Origin: Octopus vulgaris
Taxonomy: Eukaryota
Assembly: GCA_951406725.2 (NCBI GenBank)
Contig: OX597833.1
Coordinates: forward strand, 12,896,001 to 12,960,000
DNA: 64,000 nucleotides
Reading direction: 5' to 3'
This document shows positions 12,612 to 25,889 of the stretch, piece by piece. The stretch's first letter is position 1, and every line of letters starts with the position of its first letter. Position numbers and translations under genes: made by a program. Below the pieces are notes generated by a model. That model did not search any database. It worked only from the letters and a program-made list of their open reading frames with translations, and had not been told where the DNA came from.

Positions 12612-14358
12612 TAATAATAATAAAAAAATACTAAAAATAGATACAGTTAAGTTAGCACCAAGTCCATCCTTTCAAGATCGAAATAACTATGAGTTAAGAA
12701 ATGCTGACCACTAGGTAAAGAAAATTTAGATTAATTCGATTGGCTATTGGTTTGAAATTTAAATCACAAAAGAAAATTATACGGTTGGTTAGTCAAGGAA
12801 CGCCAATATTCACACACGCATCTACAGATCAATCGCACATACACACATAGTTATATGTATATACATACACTTATACACATACAAAATTACAAGCAACAAC
12901 TAGCACTTAGATAAACAAAAAAGGGAAGCAACTATGCTAACATTTAGTCCTTCAAAATTATAACTGAGCCTTAATAACAAAAAAAGAACCATCCATGCAT
13001 TCTATAAAATATTTAATTTAGATATAAATATATTTTTAAATATCAGTATGTTACTAATTCAGATAATTATTTCATGGGTAACTTAAAATTTATAACACCG
13101 GTTTGTTACAGAGTAAACATACGGTTGTTAGGTTTATCGTAAGTTTGTTATGATTTTAAGTACGCTAAATTATAAAATATAAAATATAAAATATATATTA
13201 ATTTAGATATTATAAATAAGTCACTTATTAACTTAATAAATATAGTGCCATAATATACCAGTTTAGGCATTAAAGAATAGAAGGGGAAGTATTAATGTAA
13301 ACGCTTATGAGAACATCACAGAAATTTTAAATAAATTTTATATTATAAAGACTTAAGATGAAAAGAGATAAAATAAATAAAAAGGAATACATACGAAGGA
13401 ATAAATACGGTTATACACATAATTATAAGTACAAACTAGTATATATGTATTCATATATTATTAAAATTAAATAAAAATAAATGATAGATATGTATGTATA
13501 AAACTACACCAGTATAAGTAAATAAGTAAAAAATAAATAGGTAACAAATTAGATGACTTGATATGTATGTAAACATCTACACTTAAATAGGCAAATAAAT
13601 AAATGAATAGAAGACTAGATGCAAAGATTGATAATATTACAATAAAATGGGAAATAAACAAAAATAAATAAAGTGAATATATATATTTTATATTGTTGAA
13701 AGTAAATATGTATGGAAGGATAGTTTAAAGTACAGATCCAGAGGACTATAGATATAAACTAAATATATGAGGCTGGTAAAAAATATAAAGCAAAATGCAT
13801 GTAAATGAGAAAATGAAAAAAAAAAAAAAAAAAAAAATGAAAAAGGTTTATCAGTGAATAGCATAAGATACAAATTAAGGTGAGTACAAAAAGACCAAAT
13901 ATATAATAAAAACCTTCCAAATAAACACATACAAAAAACCTATAATCTCAACCTAAACCCACCAAACTCACAAAAGGCTCTCATATATTACATATTATAC
14001 AATATCATTACATTATCTAGAGCTAGGTATCTAACCAAGAAATACATATATACTATGCAATATACTATGCAATATTGGAAAACTTCAAAAATCACACATT
14101 ACAAGGCAAATACCAAAATGAATATGCTATTTTATGTCATATTGCATTTCTCTTAAAAAAAAACAAACAAAAACCCACATACAAAAATCAAGAAACCAAT
14201 AATACTAGACACATCCATTAATTATTATACAAATGTAGCTATAAAAATTATAAAATTATGAAATTTATAAATTGTATACTTTAGAATTATAGAGGACCAC
14301 AGGTATATTTAGTTAAAGAAGGGAATTAAAAAATTAATAATAGTGGAAGTGCTAAGTT

Positions 14359-14691
14359 CTATTTGAATCTAGAAAAGGTGAACGGTAGCCTATGAATACA
14401 AAAGAAGTTTTTCTCATTAATGTTGTTAATAATTTGCCGACCCGCTTTAATAATGAAGAAAATTTCATTAATACATAGAGAGCATTTTTTATTTTTTCCA
14501 TTATACACAGGTGCTGAAGTTAGTATTTTCCAGTTTAATCTAAAATCTAAGTTCTTACTTTTAAGTTCCCAAATGTATGCACTTAGCCCTGTAGAGTACA
14601 TTCTATTTTTATTCCTAAAAGTATATCTGTGATAATTCCATCTTTGTTTTATGCTATTCATAGTTGCACCGATATACACCCTACTACTCAA
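14359..14691 (-). pseudogene. GIY-YIG endonuclease C-terminal half of a PLE (5'-truncated, frame still open)
   Basis: VYIGAT..IKQRWNYH..F..T.LS.YIWELK..WKIL..YNGKNKKCSLCINE.F.I..IINNINE..CIHR. Confidence 0.9.
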
Positions 14692-15690
14692 TTGTGTATC
14701 TATTTATTTGCCTATTTAAGTGTAGATGTTTACATACATATCAAGTCATCTAATTTGTTACCTATTTATTTTTTACTTATTTACTTATACTGGTGTAGTT
14801 TTATACATACATATCTATCATTTATTTTTATTTAATTTTAATAATATATGAATACATATATACTAGTTTGTACTTATAATTATGTGTATAACCGTATTTA
14901 TTCCTTCGTATGTATTCCTTTTTATTTATTTTATCTCTTTTCATCTTAAGTCTTTATAATATAAAATTTATTTAAAATTTCTGTGATGTTCTCATAAGCG
15001 TTTACATTAATACTTCCCCTTCTATTCTTTAATGCCTAAACTGGTATATTATGGCACTATATTTATTAAGTTAATAAGTGACTTATTTATAATATCTAAA
15101 TTAATATATATTTTATATTTTATATTTTATAATTTAGCGTACTTAAAATCATAACAAACTTACGATAAACCTAACAACCGTATGTTTACTCTGTAACAAA
15201 CCGGTGTTATAAATTTTAAGTTACCCATGAAATAATTATCTGAATTAGTAACATACTGATATTTAAAAATATATTTATATCTAAATTAAATATTTTATAG
15301 AATGCATGGATGGTTCTTTTTTTGTTATTAAGGCTCAGTTATAATTTTGAAGGACTAAATGTTAGCATAGTTGCTTCCCTTTTTTGTTTATCTAAGTGCT
15401 AGTTGTTGCTTGTAATTTTGTATGTGTATAAGTGTATGTATATACATATAACTATGTGTGTATGTGCGATTGATCTGTAGATGCGTGTGTGAATATTGGC
15501 GTTCCTTGACTAACCAACCGTATAATTTTCTTTTGTGATTTAAATTTCAAACCAATAGCCAATCGAATTAATCTAAATTTTCTTTACCTAGTGGTCAGCA
15601 TTTCTTAACTCATAGTTATTTCGATCTTGAAAGGATGGACTTGGTGCTAACTTAACTGTATCTATTTTTAGTATTTTTTTATTATTATTA

Positions 15691-15743
<53 letters not shown>

Positions 15744-16085
15744 AGTAATTTTTATTAACTTTTATAGCTTTAGAATTTTATGAACTGTACCACGGATTTA
15801 ATTATTATTTTTCATCTCCATATGTGTTAGCCCTTTTTTTTTTTTTTATAAAAAAAACTATTAGCCAAATATGTATAATATCGGTACTTATTAATATTAA
15901 TATATACACTGTTATATATTTTGTTTTATATTGTTCTGTTTACCTTCCTTTTTGTACAAATGTGTATTATATTATATAAGTGTAGCATTATGATGTATAA
16001 GTTTTTATATTTTACATTTTTATATTTTTATATTTATATGTATATGATTATATAATATTTTTCACTATTATAACAAATTTAATTT

Positions 16086-16200
16086 AATTCTCTGAAGAGG
16101 CCGTGGGGCATCCTTGTTGATGCCTCATTTATACCTGCCTTTATGGCTTATAGGTTAAATGAGGTATGACTGTCCTCACTGCCGAAACAGCTGTCAGTTT
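16086..16200 (+). ncRNA. Type-I hammerhead motif with long stem II
   Basis: CTGAAGA at 16092-16098, GAAAC at 16184-16188, palindromic ACAGCTGT, cleavage triplet GTC. Stem I is weak. Confidence 0.7.
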
Positions 16201-16615
16201 TGATTTATTTGCATATTATATTTGAAATTTTACTTTTATCTCTTTATCTTTTTACTTTTACTATTACTGTATATCTCATTTCATTTTATATATTGCCTTT
16301 ACTCATATGTAATGGTGTATTAAAGTATGGATTGAGTATCATCGGATAGTTGATGTTTTACTGATTTAAGTATGTTTCTCCATTCTCTAATTTTGTAGTA
16401 TTAATTTACGGTAATATTATTACCTTTACCCATTTAATACAATAGATGAACTGATTGCTTGACAATTTTTAACATCTATGTATTATTTTTGTTGGGTACC
16501 TATCTAGCAGTATATTGGATATATATTATCCCATGGTGGGTTGAATTTTCAACCCCTATCTCATTTTATAATATATATATATATATATATCTGTATTTAT
16601 GCGCCTATCTGGTAT

Positions 16616-16674
16616 ATTCAACTGAAGAAGGCAGAGCTTCTCTGAAGCAAAGCCAGAAATCCAGGATCTTGAAT
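16616..16674 (+). ncRNA. Type-I hammerhead motif
   Basis: attcaa-CTGAAGA-a-ggc...gcc-a-GAAA-tcc a gga-TC-ttgaat. Perfect 6-bp stem I. Confidence 0.75.
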
Positions 16675-16875
16675 TATCCAGTAAAATCTTTTTTGCTAGT
16701 TTATTTTGTCTCTCTATCTTCTCTCATGGTGCGATATGAACATTTAAGGTGGTTTTAAAGTCAGGGTTTTGACTGCTATTTCAGCATGGTGGTATCTCTC
16801 AGATACCCTAATTTATAGTTTTATATATAAATATATATCTGTAAATGTAATATGAGACAATTATTCAGTAGCCAT

Positions 16876-16937
16876 GATAAAACTCCGAGTTTCGGATGCC
16901 GAGGTGGAAATCCACGCCGCCATCTCTTCAGTAATTG
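16876..16937 (-). ncRNA. Decayed hammerhead motif
   Basis: CTGAAGA-gatg...catc c-GAAAC-tcgga-GTT. Stem I is poor. Confidence 0.45.
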
Positions 16938-17021
16938 TCACATATTACATTTACAGATAAATTCCTATATTTGCATAATATCGAGGTCTCTTTCTTTCTT
17001 TTGTTGTCTTACCGTTTTTAT

Positions 17022-17054
<33 letters not shown>

Positions 17055-17353
17055 ATATAAAGAATGTAAGGATCTGTAAATTGTATGCTGCTGCCATGAG
17101 AAATGTTTCTATTTTGTGACACTAACAGAATATAGAAAGAAGTGTAAAACCGATAACTATATAATCCAACGAAAATATCTCACTTACGCAAAAGTAAACA
17201 GAATTACTATTTAGCCTTAAATTAAATCGTTCATATTCAAAGAATATTCAAAGTCCATCTTTTATACCAAGACAAAACAACGTACATGATAACATTTCCA
17301 ATCAGTTTAAATCAGAAGCAATGAGAGCCAGTGCCTAGTACTGCTGAAGGGCA

Positions 17354-17382
17354 TTTATTATTATTGTTGTTGTTGTTGTTGT

Positions 17383-17476
<94 letters not shown>

Positions 17477-17478
17477 AT

Positions 17479-17572
<94 letters not shown>
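17354..17572. repeat. Compound trinucleotide microsatellite (TTA/TTG/CTA/CTG)n
   Basis: Seen directly. The preceding 17282-17310 matches 237-266. Confidence 0.95.
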
Positions 17573-19324
17573 TACTGCTGACTCGTTTAGATATGCCTGC
17601 AATTGGCTCTAAGAAATCTCAATGCTTTCCAAGTCTAACTGATGGGATTAATTTTCATTTTGGATTTTATTTCACACAAGAATCTTACCCCAGTACCTGT
17701 GCTGGATGTCAAGGCGGTTTTTCTCTTTTAATTAGTTCATTTTTATTTCGCGGTATAGCTCTAAGTCAATAACGGCTTCGTGTTATACTGGAACCATTCA
17801 CAAAAGAGATTACATTGAACTGGGCAAAACAGTCTCGCCTCCAATAAAATGAAATTTAAGTAAATATTAACGAACATACATGCAATTTGCAGAAAATAAT
17901 GAAATATCATTTCAGAAAAACGTAACAGGATAAACAGTTCCGACAACTACAACACATATACGTGATCCGTGTTCATTGGAATATATGATGAATACTAAAG
18001 AAGTACCGTCTTTATGATACGAACGACTTTCAAACCAGAAACCCCCGAGACATGAAGCATTTCTACTGAAAGGACTACAGCTTGATAACATTTTTGGTCT
18101 ATAAGGCCATCATGCCAAAATCTGTTATAGAGGCGTACAAGAAGAAAGGAGTAATGTATGTGGGTTTTGTAAAAGTCACAGGAACGTCCCTTGTCCCAGC
18201 CAAAGAACAATTGGGGACACTGGATGAAATATCCTTCATTGGCAGAAAGATGGCATAAAACACCACATCAGTCAACTTTAAAGCAGCTTCCCATAAATTG
18301 ATCTCACAATATTTAGGTAGGCCCCCGTTGAATACGATGTGGACCATCGACCTTTGAAATCTTTCGTGGAACGCTATGGGCAGGTTGTTATACCAACTTA
18401 TTTTTCGGCGATGTGAGGCCGGGTAGGTTCGCCGTGGATTTACGAATTTCTCATGGACTCAAAAGACTACAAAAGTGTCCCTGAGTAGTGCCCTGTAGAG
18501 TGACGAGAGAAAGGTCTTAAGATTGGGCATCCAGAGCACAAGGCCCAGCTGCTACATATGTAACAGTAAAACTTCATGAGGGCTTTGTATTGAAGGCACC
18601 AAAACAAACAAAAACAAAAAATTTAAGAGACTGATGCTTCTAAGGTGAAATCTTGAAATATGGCGGAAGCTTTTGCAATTCTGGAGTTGTCGGGGAAAAA
18701 TCGCTTCGTCTTCATTTTCAAGGGTTAATTCGGAGGCCCAAGAAATCCATCTTCCAGTCGAAACCCAAGGAGACAGTGAGAGACACACACAGTAATAACA
18801 ACAGAGGAATGTCAACCATTAAGAAGCGCTCTCGCAACAGTACCGTCCAATCCACTTATGAAGATATGGGGCGGACAAACAATATAATAAAAATAAAAAG
18901 ATAATATATAAACAATAAAAACGTCAGAGGAGAGGTGTCCTCTCTAGTGACCGGCGGAGTCTATCTTATGTCAGAAGGTGAATGCAATCTCCTGCGAGGA
19001 GGGGCCGTCTCAGAATGAAATGTGCTTTATAGCCCTTCGAAAAGTGTACAATGGTCGTATACAGTTGTTGTCAACCATTCTTTCTTTTTTCATCTATGGA
19101 CCCCCGTGGTTCCTATTTTACTTCGGTGGACCTTCCATAACCATTCAATGTTTAAAAGTCCTATTATATTCTTATTGTTAGGGATTGTATCAAACATTTG
19201 TTAAACTGTTTGGTGTATTGTAGAATTATAAGCAGTTCATTGCACACAAATTTTCACACGAAATCTTATATGGACCCCGGGTGAGAACCAGTAGTTTAAT
19301 AGAATATTTATATTGATTTCAGAT

Positions 19325-19602
19325 CTTTGGTACAAGGCCAGCAATTTTGAGGAAGGGAAGACGAATTACATCGACCCCAGTGCTTAACTGGTATTATATA
19401 ATCTTTTTCTACTCTTGGCAAAAGGCCCAAAAGTTTTGGGGAGGGGACCCAGTCGATTAGATCGACCCCAGTACCTAACTGATACTTAATTTATCGACCC
19501 CGAAAGAATGAAAAACAAAATCGGCTTCGGCGGAATTTGAACTCAGAAAGTTGCCACCATGCATTTTGCCCGGTGTGCTAACGACTGTGCCAGCTCGCCC
19601 TC
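19325..19602 (-). mobile_element. SINE family 2, older variant with duplicated 3' part
   Basis: Core atcgaccccagt...cggcggaatttgaactcagaa...ccagctcgcc. Confidence 0.8.
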
Positions 19603-19827
19603 CTGATAGACTACCTATATTAAATACACCAGCACTTTCCAGAGGAAGTGTCGATCAGTTACAGGGTCGAATCACACGTCAAACAGCATCAAAACGGTTT
19701 GGGATATTTATTCAAATTTCCGGGAGATATTACGAACTGCTATATGTCAGCAATCCACTGGACGTGTATAGTCACTGCCCAATGTGATCCAAGAGCTCCT
19801 CACGGAAGATTCTGGAATCTCCAGTTA

Positions 19828-20458
19828 TCTTTATATATATAAGTGAAGTTGTGTGTCTGTCTCCTACGATTTAGATTCCTAACTACTCCCACATTTTGCG
19901 GTGCAGTGTAACCAAAAGCGGGTATCTTATAGTCGTGATTCATATCGAGCCCTTCTGGGTATTAGCGCGCGTCTACGATGAGTCTACGATTTAAAAAAAA
20001 ATTACCATCAATTTTTCCCATTTTTTAATGCATTTTTGGCATATATAAGGGAAGTAACTCTCTAAAAATTTATTATTAAATCTCAGAACGTAAAAAGCTA
20101 CAGTAACCCCCCCCCCTTTGTGGTTAGCTATATTGAGATGGCTATTATACTTTACATCTCTAAAAATGCTTATATAGTTATTTCCCTTACAAACCCGAGC
20201 AACGCCGGGCGATACTGCTAGTATATATATATATATATTTACCATCATTTTTTCCCATTTTAATGCATTTTTTCGCTATTATATAAGGGAAGTAACTCTC
20301 TAAAAATGTCTACGATGTCAACGATTTAAAAGAAAATTACCATAATTTTTTTTCAATTTTTAATGCATTTTTTTGCTAATTTTTGGCTATAACTCTCTAA
20401 AAATGCTTATATAGTTATTTCCCTTACAAACCCGAGCAACGCCGGGCGATACTGCTAG
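19828..20458 (+). mobile_element. Helitron-like element with tandemly repeated 3' end
   Basis: A|TC start. Terminal ..cccgagcaacgccgggcgatactgctag at 20221 and again at 20458. Confidence 0.75.
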
Positions 20459-20689
20459 TGAATAATAAAAGGAAAGAAGGAACGAGAGTAAGTAAAGAAA
20501 TTACTTAATCAAGAACGTGGAATGCCCTGTTTAATGTGAGTGGCGCGGTTTCGCGCCTATGTGTAGGCGTTGCTCTTATTAATTCGTTTGGTATTGTTTT
20601 AAGCACCTTTAAAAACTAATCTTTTATGCGTTTGGAGATTGCTTGGAGTTTTTCGATAACAAAATTCTCCCAAATCTCCCGAATCGTCA

Positions 20690-21560
<871 letters not shown>

Positions 21561-22257
21561 CACTAACAACTGAAGACAATATCTGTCTAATACTGATAGC
21601 GATTTCTGTTTTTTTTTTGCGTTTTTTTCTTCTTCTCTCTCCTCCTCGTTTTATTTCTTCCTGTCTGAAAGCCACTCTGAAAGATGGCAGCTGTTGACAT
21701 GACGTCAGCCAACACTTCAATGAGTTTCAGAACCTTTGGCTATTTTCTAATATTAGATTCATTATCATTGATTAAACGACTTTTACTTAAATGCTGACAA
21801 CCAAATAATTGACCGACCGCCTCATCTACCACCCATCCGCCCAACCAGCTAGCCGACCATCCATCCATCCAACCAACCAACCAAACAACCAACAACCTAG
21901 GCATTCCATCAGCTAGCAAACCAACCGTTACTATAACCAGCAGCCTGCCAAGCATTTTTCTTGCAAGTCAACCATTAATTCATCAAACAAGCAGCTTCCC
22001 AGCCAGCCAACCTGCCAACCTGCCAACCAAATAAACCAATGAAAGGTAAATATTTCCAGTTTGTGAGGAAATGTGGCTATTGGCTTGTTTTCCTTTGTGT
22101 ATAAAGGAATTAGTAATATGAAGTCATCTCATAAGCGTTATTTGGGCAACTAGAGTATTACTTGTTACACACACACGGTTGTCAAGCGAGGACGAGGGAG
22201 GGGGACAAACACAGACACATAAATATATATATATATATTTATATATAGACGCCAAGA

Positions 22258-22440
22258 CAGATCGTTAGCCACTACACACATTTTTTTCTCTCCTTGTTTT
22301 CTGTGTCCCTTTCTGTAGAAGAGCGTAGGCTCGAAACGTAAAAGACTTTTTCTGTTCCTGAGCGTTATACTAATACATCTGTCTGTTTTGTACACCACCC
22401 GTCTTCGTTTTTTGTTTTTTTTCCCGTAAACACTCCCTAT
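22258..22440 (+). mobile_element. Hammerhead-carrying mini-element family B, copy 1
   Basis: Starts agatcgttagc. Other copies at 25400-25583(-) and 39447-39633(+). Confidence 0.8.
22309..22344 (+). ncRNA. Minimal hammerhead variant (core CTGTAGA)
   Basis: cttt-CTGTAGA-a-gagc gtag gctc-GAAAC-GTA-aaag. Confidence 0.6.
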
Positions 22441-22450
22441 AAATATTTAA

Positions 22451-22518
22451 ACCACCTGATGAATGACTGCGACTCAAAAATTTGAAGAAGTTAGCAGGCA
22501 TGAAACGATCGTAGTGTG
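22451..22518 (+). ncRNA. Type-I hammerhead motif
   Basis: cac-CTGATGA-atgactgc...gcaggcat-GAAAC-gatc-GTA-gtg. Palindromic ACGATCGT stem III. Confidence 0.75.
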
Positions 22519-22521
22519 ATA

Positions 22522-23016
22522 TCTATATATATAAAACTCTAGTTGTGTGAGTGTCTGTCCCCTTCGATTTAGATTCCTAACTCCTCCCACATTTTGCGGT
22601 GCAGTTTAACCAAATTCGGGTATCTTATAGTCGTGATTCATATCGAGCCCGTCTGACTATTAGCGCGCGTCAACGATGAGTCTACGATTTAAAAAATTAT
22701 TTAACATCATTTTTTATTCCATTTTAATGCATAAAATGCATCGTGTGTCGATGGCGGCGGAGTTGGCGTCCACGCTCACAGCTGCACCTGTTTGCTTCTC
22801 CCTCGTGAAGCTGTGGGGAAGGGAGTGTAAAGAAATCAACGTCGTAATGCGTTGTGAAGGAAACCAGCGTTCTTTTAGAACAACGACTTCATGGCTTGAA
22901 GACACCAAAACAAAAATGGCTAAGAAAGCCCGAATTTATAAGGGAAGTAACTCTCTAAAAATGCTTATATAGTTATTTCCCTTACAAACCCGAGCAACGC
23001 CGGGCGATACTGCTAG
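22522..23016 (+). mobile_element. Helitron-like element
   Basis: A|TC...CTAG|T. Shares 5' and 3' parts with the 19828 copy but has a different middle. Confidence 0.75.
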
Positions 23017-23135
23017 TTAATTATATTTTTTTAAATAATTTTGTTATATATTTAAATAATATAAATTAAATAATATTATGTATTGGCTTAAGTTTTTCAT
23101 TGTTTGATTTGCTTAATAGTGGTTTTGTCTCTAAT

Positions 23136-23170
<35 letters not shown>

Positions 23171-23174
<4 letters not shown>

Positions 23175-23340
23175 ATCCAAACATGAAAACACAAAGAGAA
23201 AACACAACAACGCGAGGACGTGGAACAAATATAGTATTATTGGACGCTCAGGAAAGAAGGAGGGTTTAACGTTTTGAGCGGAGCTCTTCGCCAGAAACAT
23301 AGGAGAAGGAAAGATCCAGAGAAGAGAAGACAGAGGAATA
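23171..23340 (-). mobile_element. Mini-element family A, copy 3 (5'-truncated, core mutated)
   Basis: Reverse complement match to 2830-3007. Confidence 0.8.
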
Positions 23341-23367
23341 TATATATATATATGTATAAGATAAATA

Positions 23368-23510
23368 TTCCTCTTCGAGCCATGCCAAGCTCATAAGCGC
23401 CGGTTTCCCGGTTTCAGTGGCGTAGGAATTCCCTACTTGGACGGGACGCCGGCCTATCACAGGATTACTCATTTTTGCCAGCTGAGTGGACTGGTGCAAC
23501 GTGCAATGAA
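23368..23510 (-). mobile_element. SINE family 3-related 3' fragment
   Basis: Similar to the tail at 41585-41680 and the middle at 45120-45165. Confidence 0.65.
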
Positions 23511-23559
23511 ATATATATATATAATAAAAATAGTATATATATATATATATATATATATG

Positions 23560-23935
23560 CTTATATACATACATATACGTACATACCTACATATATATAT
23601 GAATATATACATACATATATGGGTACAGGACGTCAAAATACGTGAAGAAAATGAAAAACGGGAACATAGAAAGACAAAAACATGGGAAACGAACTTTTCT
23701 TTCGAACAACGAAAGAAACAAATAGAGAAACGAAAAGGCAACATAAAGGACAATCTCTTCATCAGTTGTCCCCTGCTTTATCTACTCCACGTTTCGAACG
23801 TAGGGACAAGACGCTGCTTCTTTAGAACAGTCGTTCCCGCAAAGCAAATTAAATAAAACTTGGGATCTTGCGGAGGGTTAAAGTGGCAATAAAAGCAGGA
23901 CAGTAAGAACAAAACAGCAAAAACAAACGGTCAGG
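23560..23935. repeat. Interspersed repeat family C (other copies 27505-27790 and 28065-28425)
   Basis: Shared atatatgggtacaggac...cgaacaacga...tcatctactccacgttt blocks. Confidence 0.7.
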
Positions 23936-23980
23936 GCTGTTAAGCCCTAACGAGGCAAAGTGGTGAATGCTGGGGAAAGG

Positions 23981-24041
23981 AGATAAGACCTACTTTTGCC
24001 TACCTCCTGTAATAGGAGGTAGGCAAAAGTAGGTCTTATCT
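23981..24041. repeat. Perfect 28-bp hairpin with 5-nt loop
   Basis: agataagacctacttttgcctacctcct-gtaat-aggaggtaggcaaaagtaggtcttatct. Confidence 0.95.
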
Positions 24042-24171
24042 TTTGTAAAGCAACGACGGGTTTCTTTCAGTTTCCGTCTACCTGATCCACTCACAAGGCT
24101 TTGATCAACCTGAGACTATAGTAGAAGACACATACATATCCAAGATGTCACGCAGTGGGATTGAACCCGGA

Positions 24172-24555
24172 TAGGTACTTTTTGGCTATCTCACCTCCAT
24201 TTAAAAAATGGGTTATCTCCCCTGTTTTAAAAGAAATATCGGTACTTGTGGTCATCTCTCTCAACTAAAAAAATTGTTTAACCTTCAATAAAACAAAAAA
24301 AAAAAGAAGAAAATGAAAAATTAATAAAAATGAAAACTGAAAAAAATTAAACATCTTACTGTATCTGACAACATTTTTATAACAAATCATACCATTCCTA
24401 TTAAGGATGCCAAAAGAAGTCAACGATGTGTTGAAGTATTGAATCAAAAGGATCTAACCCTTTTAATCCAACCTCTTGTCGCTACATTAACTCGATTTTT
24501 TAGTGGGCAGATAACCCAATTTTTTAATGGGGGTGAGAGAACCAAAAAGAACCCA
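24172..24555. mobile_element. MITE with ~50-bp TIRs inserted into a SINE family 1 copy
   Basis: TIR t(a/g)ggt(a/t)ctttttgg.t.tctcacc.ccatt.aaaaa.tgggttatct. Apparent 5-bp TSD ccgga/ccaga. The SINE continues on both sides (24053-24171, 24556-24585). Confidence 0.8.
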
Positions 24556-24779
24556 CCAGAACCATGTTATTGGGAAACAAGCTTTCGTTTTTGTATCTGA
24601 TTTGCAAGATGCTTTATTGACAAGGTTGCGAAACCAAGGGAAATTATGGAAAAAATATGAATGATAAATTAGTGGAAATTGAACCAGTGAGTGTGTTAGA
24701 GATTAAGGCAATGAGGCAGTATGACTCTCACCAGACACAACAATATATGTATATGTATAAATATATGTATATATATATA

Positions 24780-25342
24780 GTTATCAGTAACAATAAAGGG
24801 TGAAATTAATTAATTTGGAATAATTATTAATTACACCAAGTAGATTTCGGCATGTAAAAGCCTCATTCGAGGAAAATTTAAGTAATACTAAGCAATTAAG
24901 GGTTTAGCAACGAATTGCCTCGCCACACACCGAATTTAGAAATAGCAGTCAAAGAGATATAGCTATTCCTTCTACTAAAAGGGAGATCTCAGTAAAAACA
25001 CAGCACTTGAAAGGCAAACACAGACAGGTAAGAAAGAATGAGATGACGGCAATCTATCATACAATTTTAAGTTACCTACGGACGTACGTTTCGAAATCAA
25101 GTTTTAGGAAAGCATAAGAATTAGAAAATTCTACCTTACCCAAACTTCTTTTCTTATCGGCGTAGGATACTACAATTATGAATAATTGTATATTAAATTT
25201 TGAGATACTAGAAGGCATTATCTCAACTCAGTGTCAGAGCGAGCCAAAGCATTACCAGTACCACGAAATTCAAAGTGTGAATGAAAGTTTGTGAATGAAA
25301 GAAGGAATAGCTATATCTCTTTGACTGCTATTTCTAAATTCG

Positions 25343-25345
<3 letters not shown>
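24780..25345 (-). mobile_element. PLE-derived terminal-repeat fragment with hammerhead and short inverted 5' piece
   Basis: 24928-24972 is inverted at 25300-25345. A related fragment lies at 25586-25780. Confidence 0.65.
25075..25166 (-). ncRNA. Decayed type-I hammerhead motif
   Basis: cctacg-CCGATAA-gaaa..aagttt...aaactt..tttc-GAAAC-gtac-GTC-cgtagg. Perfect 6-bp stem I, two core substitutions. Confidence 0.6.
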
Positions 25346-25399
<54 letters not shown>

Positions 25400-25583
25400 C
25401 AACAAAAGACGAAGGCAGGTGGAGTACAAACAAACAAATGTATTAGTATGGCGCTCAGGAATAGAAATAGAACAAGTCTTTTACGTTTCGAGCCTACGCT
25501 CTTCGACAGAAAGATACACAGAAAAAAACAAGGAGAGAAACAAGGAGAGAAAAACAATGCGTGTAGGAGCTAACGATCTATCA
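25400..25583 (-). mobile_element. Mini-element family B, copy 2 (hammerhead variant CTGTCGA at 25478-25513)
   Basis: cttt-CTGTCGA-a-gagc gtag gctc-GAAAC-GTA-aaag on the minus strand. Confidence 0.8.
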
Positions 25584-25837
25584 TGAGGGTGAAATATAAT
25601 TAATTTAATAAAATCAATAAATTTCACCAAGTAGTATTTCGGTATGGAAAGGACCATATTCGGTAAAAATTATATAATTATAATGAAGGGTTTTTTGCAA
25701 CAAGTTGCTTAAACCACATACCGAAAATATTAGAGATAGCAGTCAAATGGGATACTATTACTATTACTACAAAAATAAGTCTCCGCAAACAACAGTATTT
25801 GTAACCCATATATGGTAAAAGAAGAAAGGAAAACAAC

Positions 25838-25888
<51 letters not shown>

Positions 25889-25889
25889 A

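Larger units (their letters stand above)
11899..16570 (-). mobile_element. Young 5'-truncated Penelope-like element with a 1.7-kb inverted terminal repeat
   Basis: 11899-13601 and 14701-16401 are near-identical inverted arms. The centre holds the GIY-YIG C-terminus and start of the UTR. Each arm carries a hammerhead. Flanked by (TA)n. Confidence 0.9.

Noticed and set aside
19090-19295. hAT-like MITE remnant (tatggaccccc repeats, ..gagaaccagtag end)
   Set aside because: The left TIR and TSD are not identifiable.
21600-22050. Possible host exon (polypyrimidine tract plus AG at ~21670, GTAAAT at ~22045)
   Set aside because: No convincing reading frame, and much of the interval is degenerate (CCAA/CCAG)n repeat. 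Cannot be supported without RNA data.
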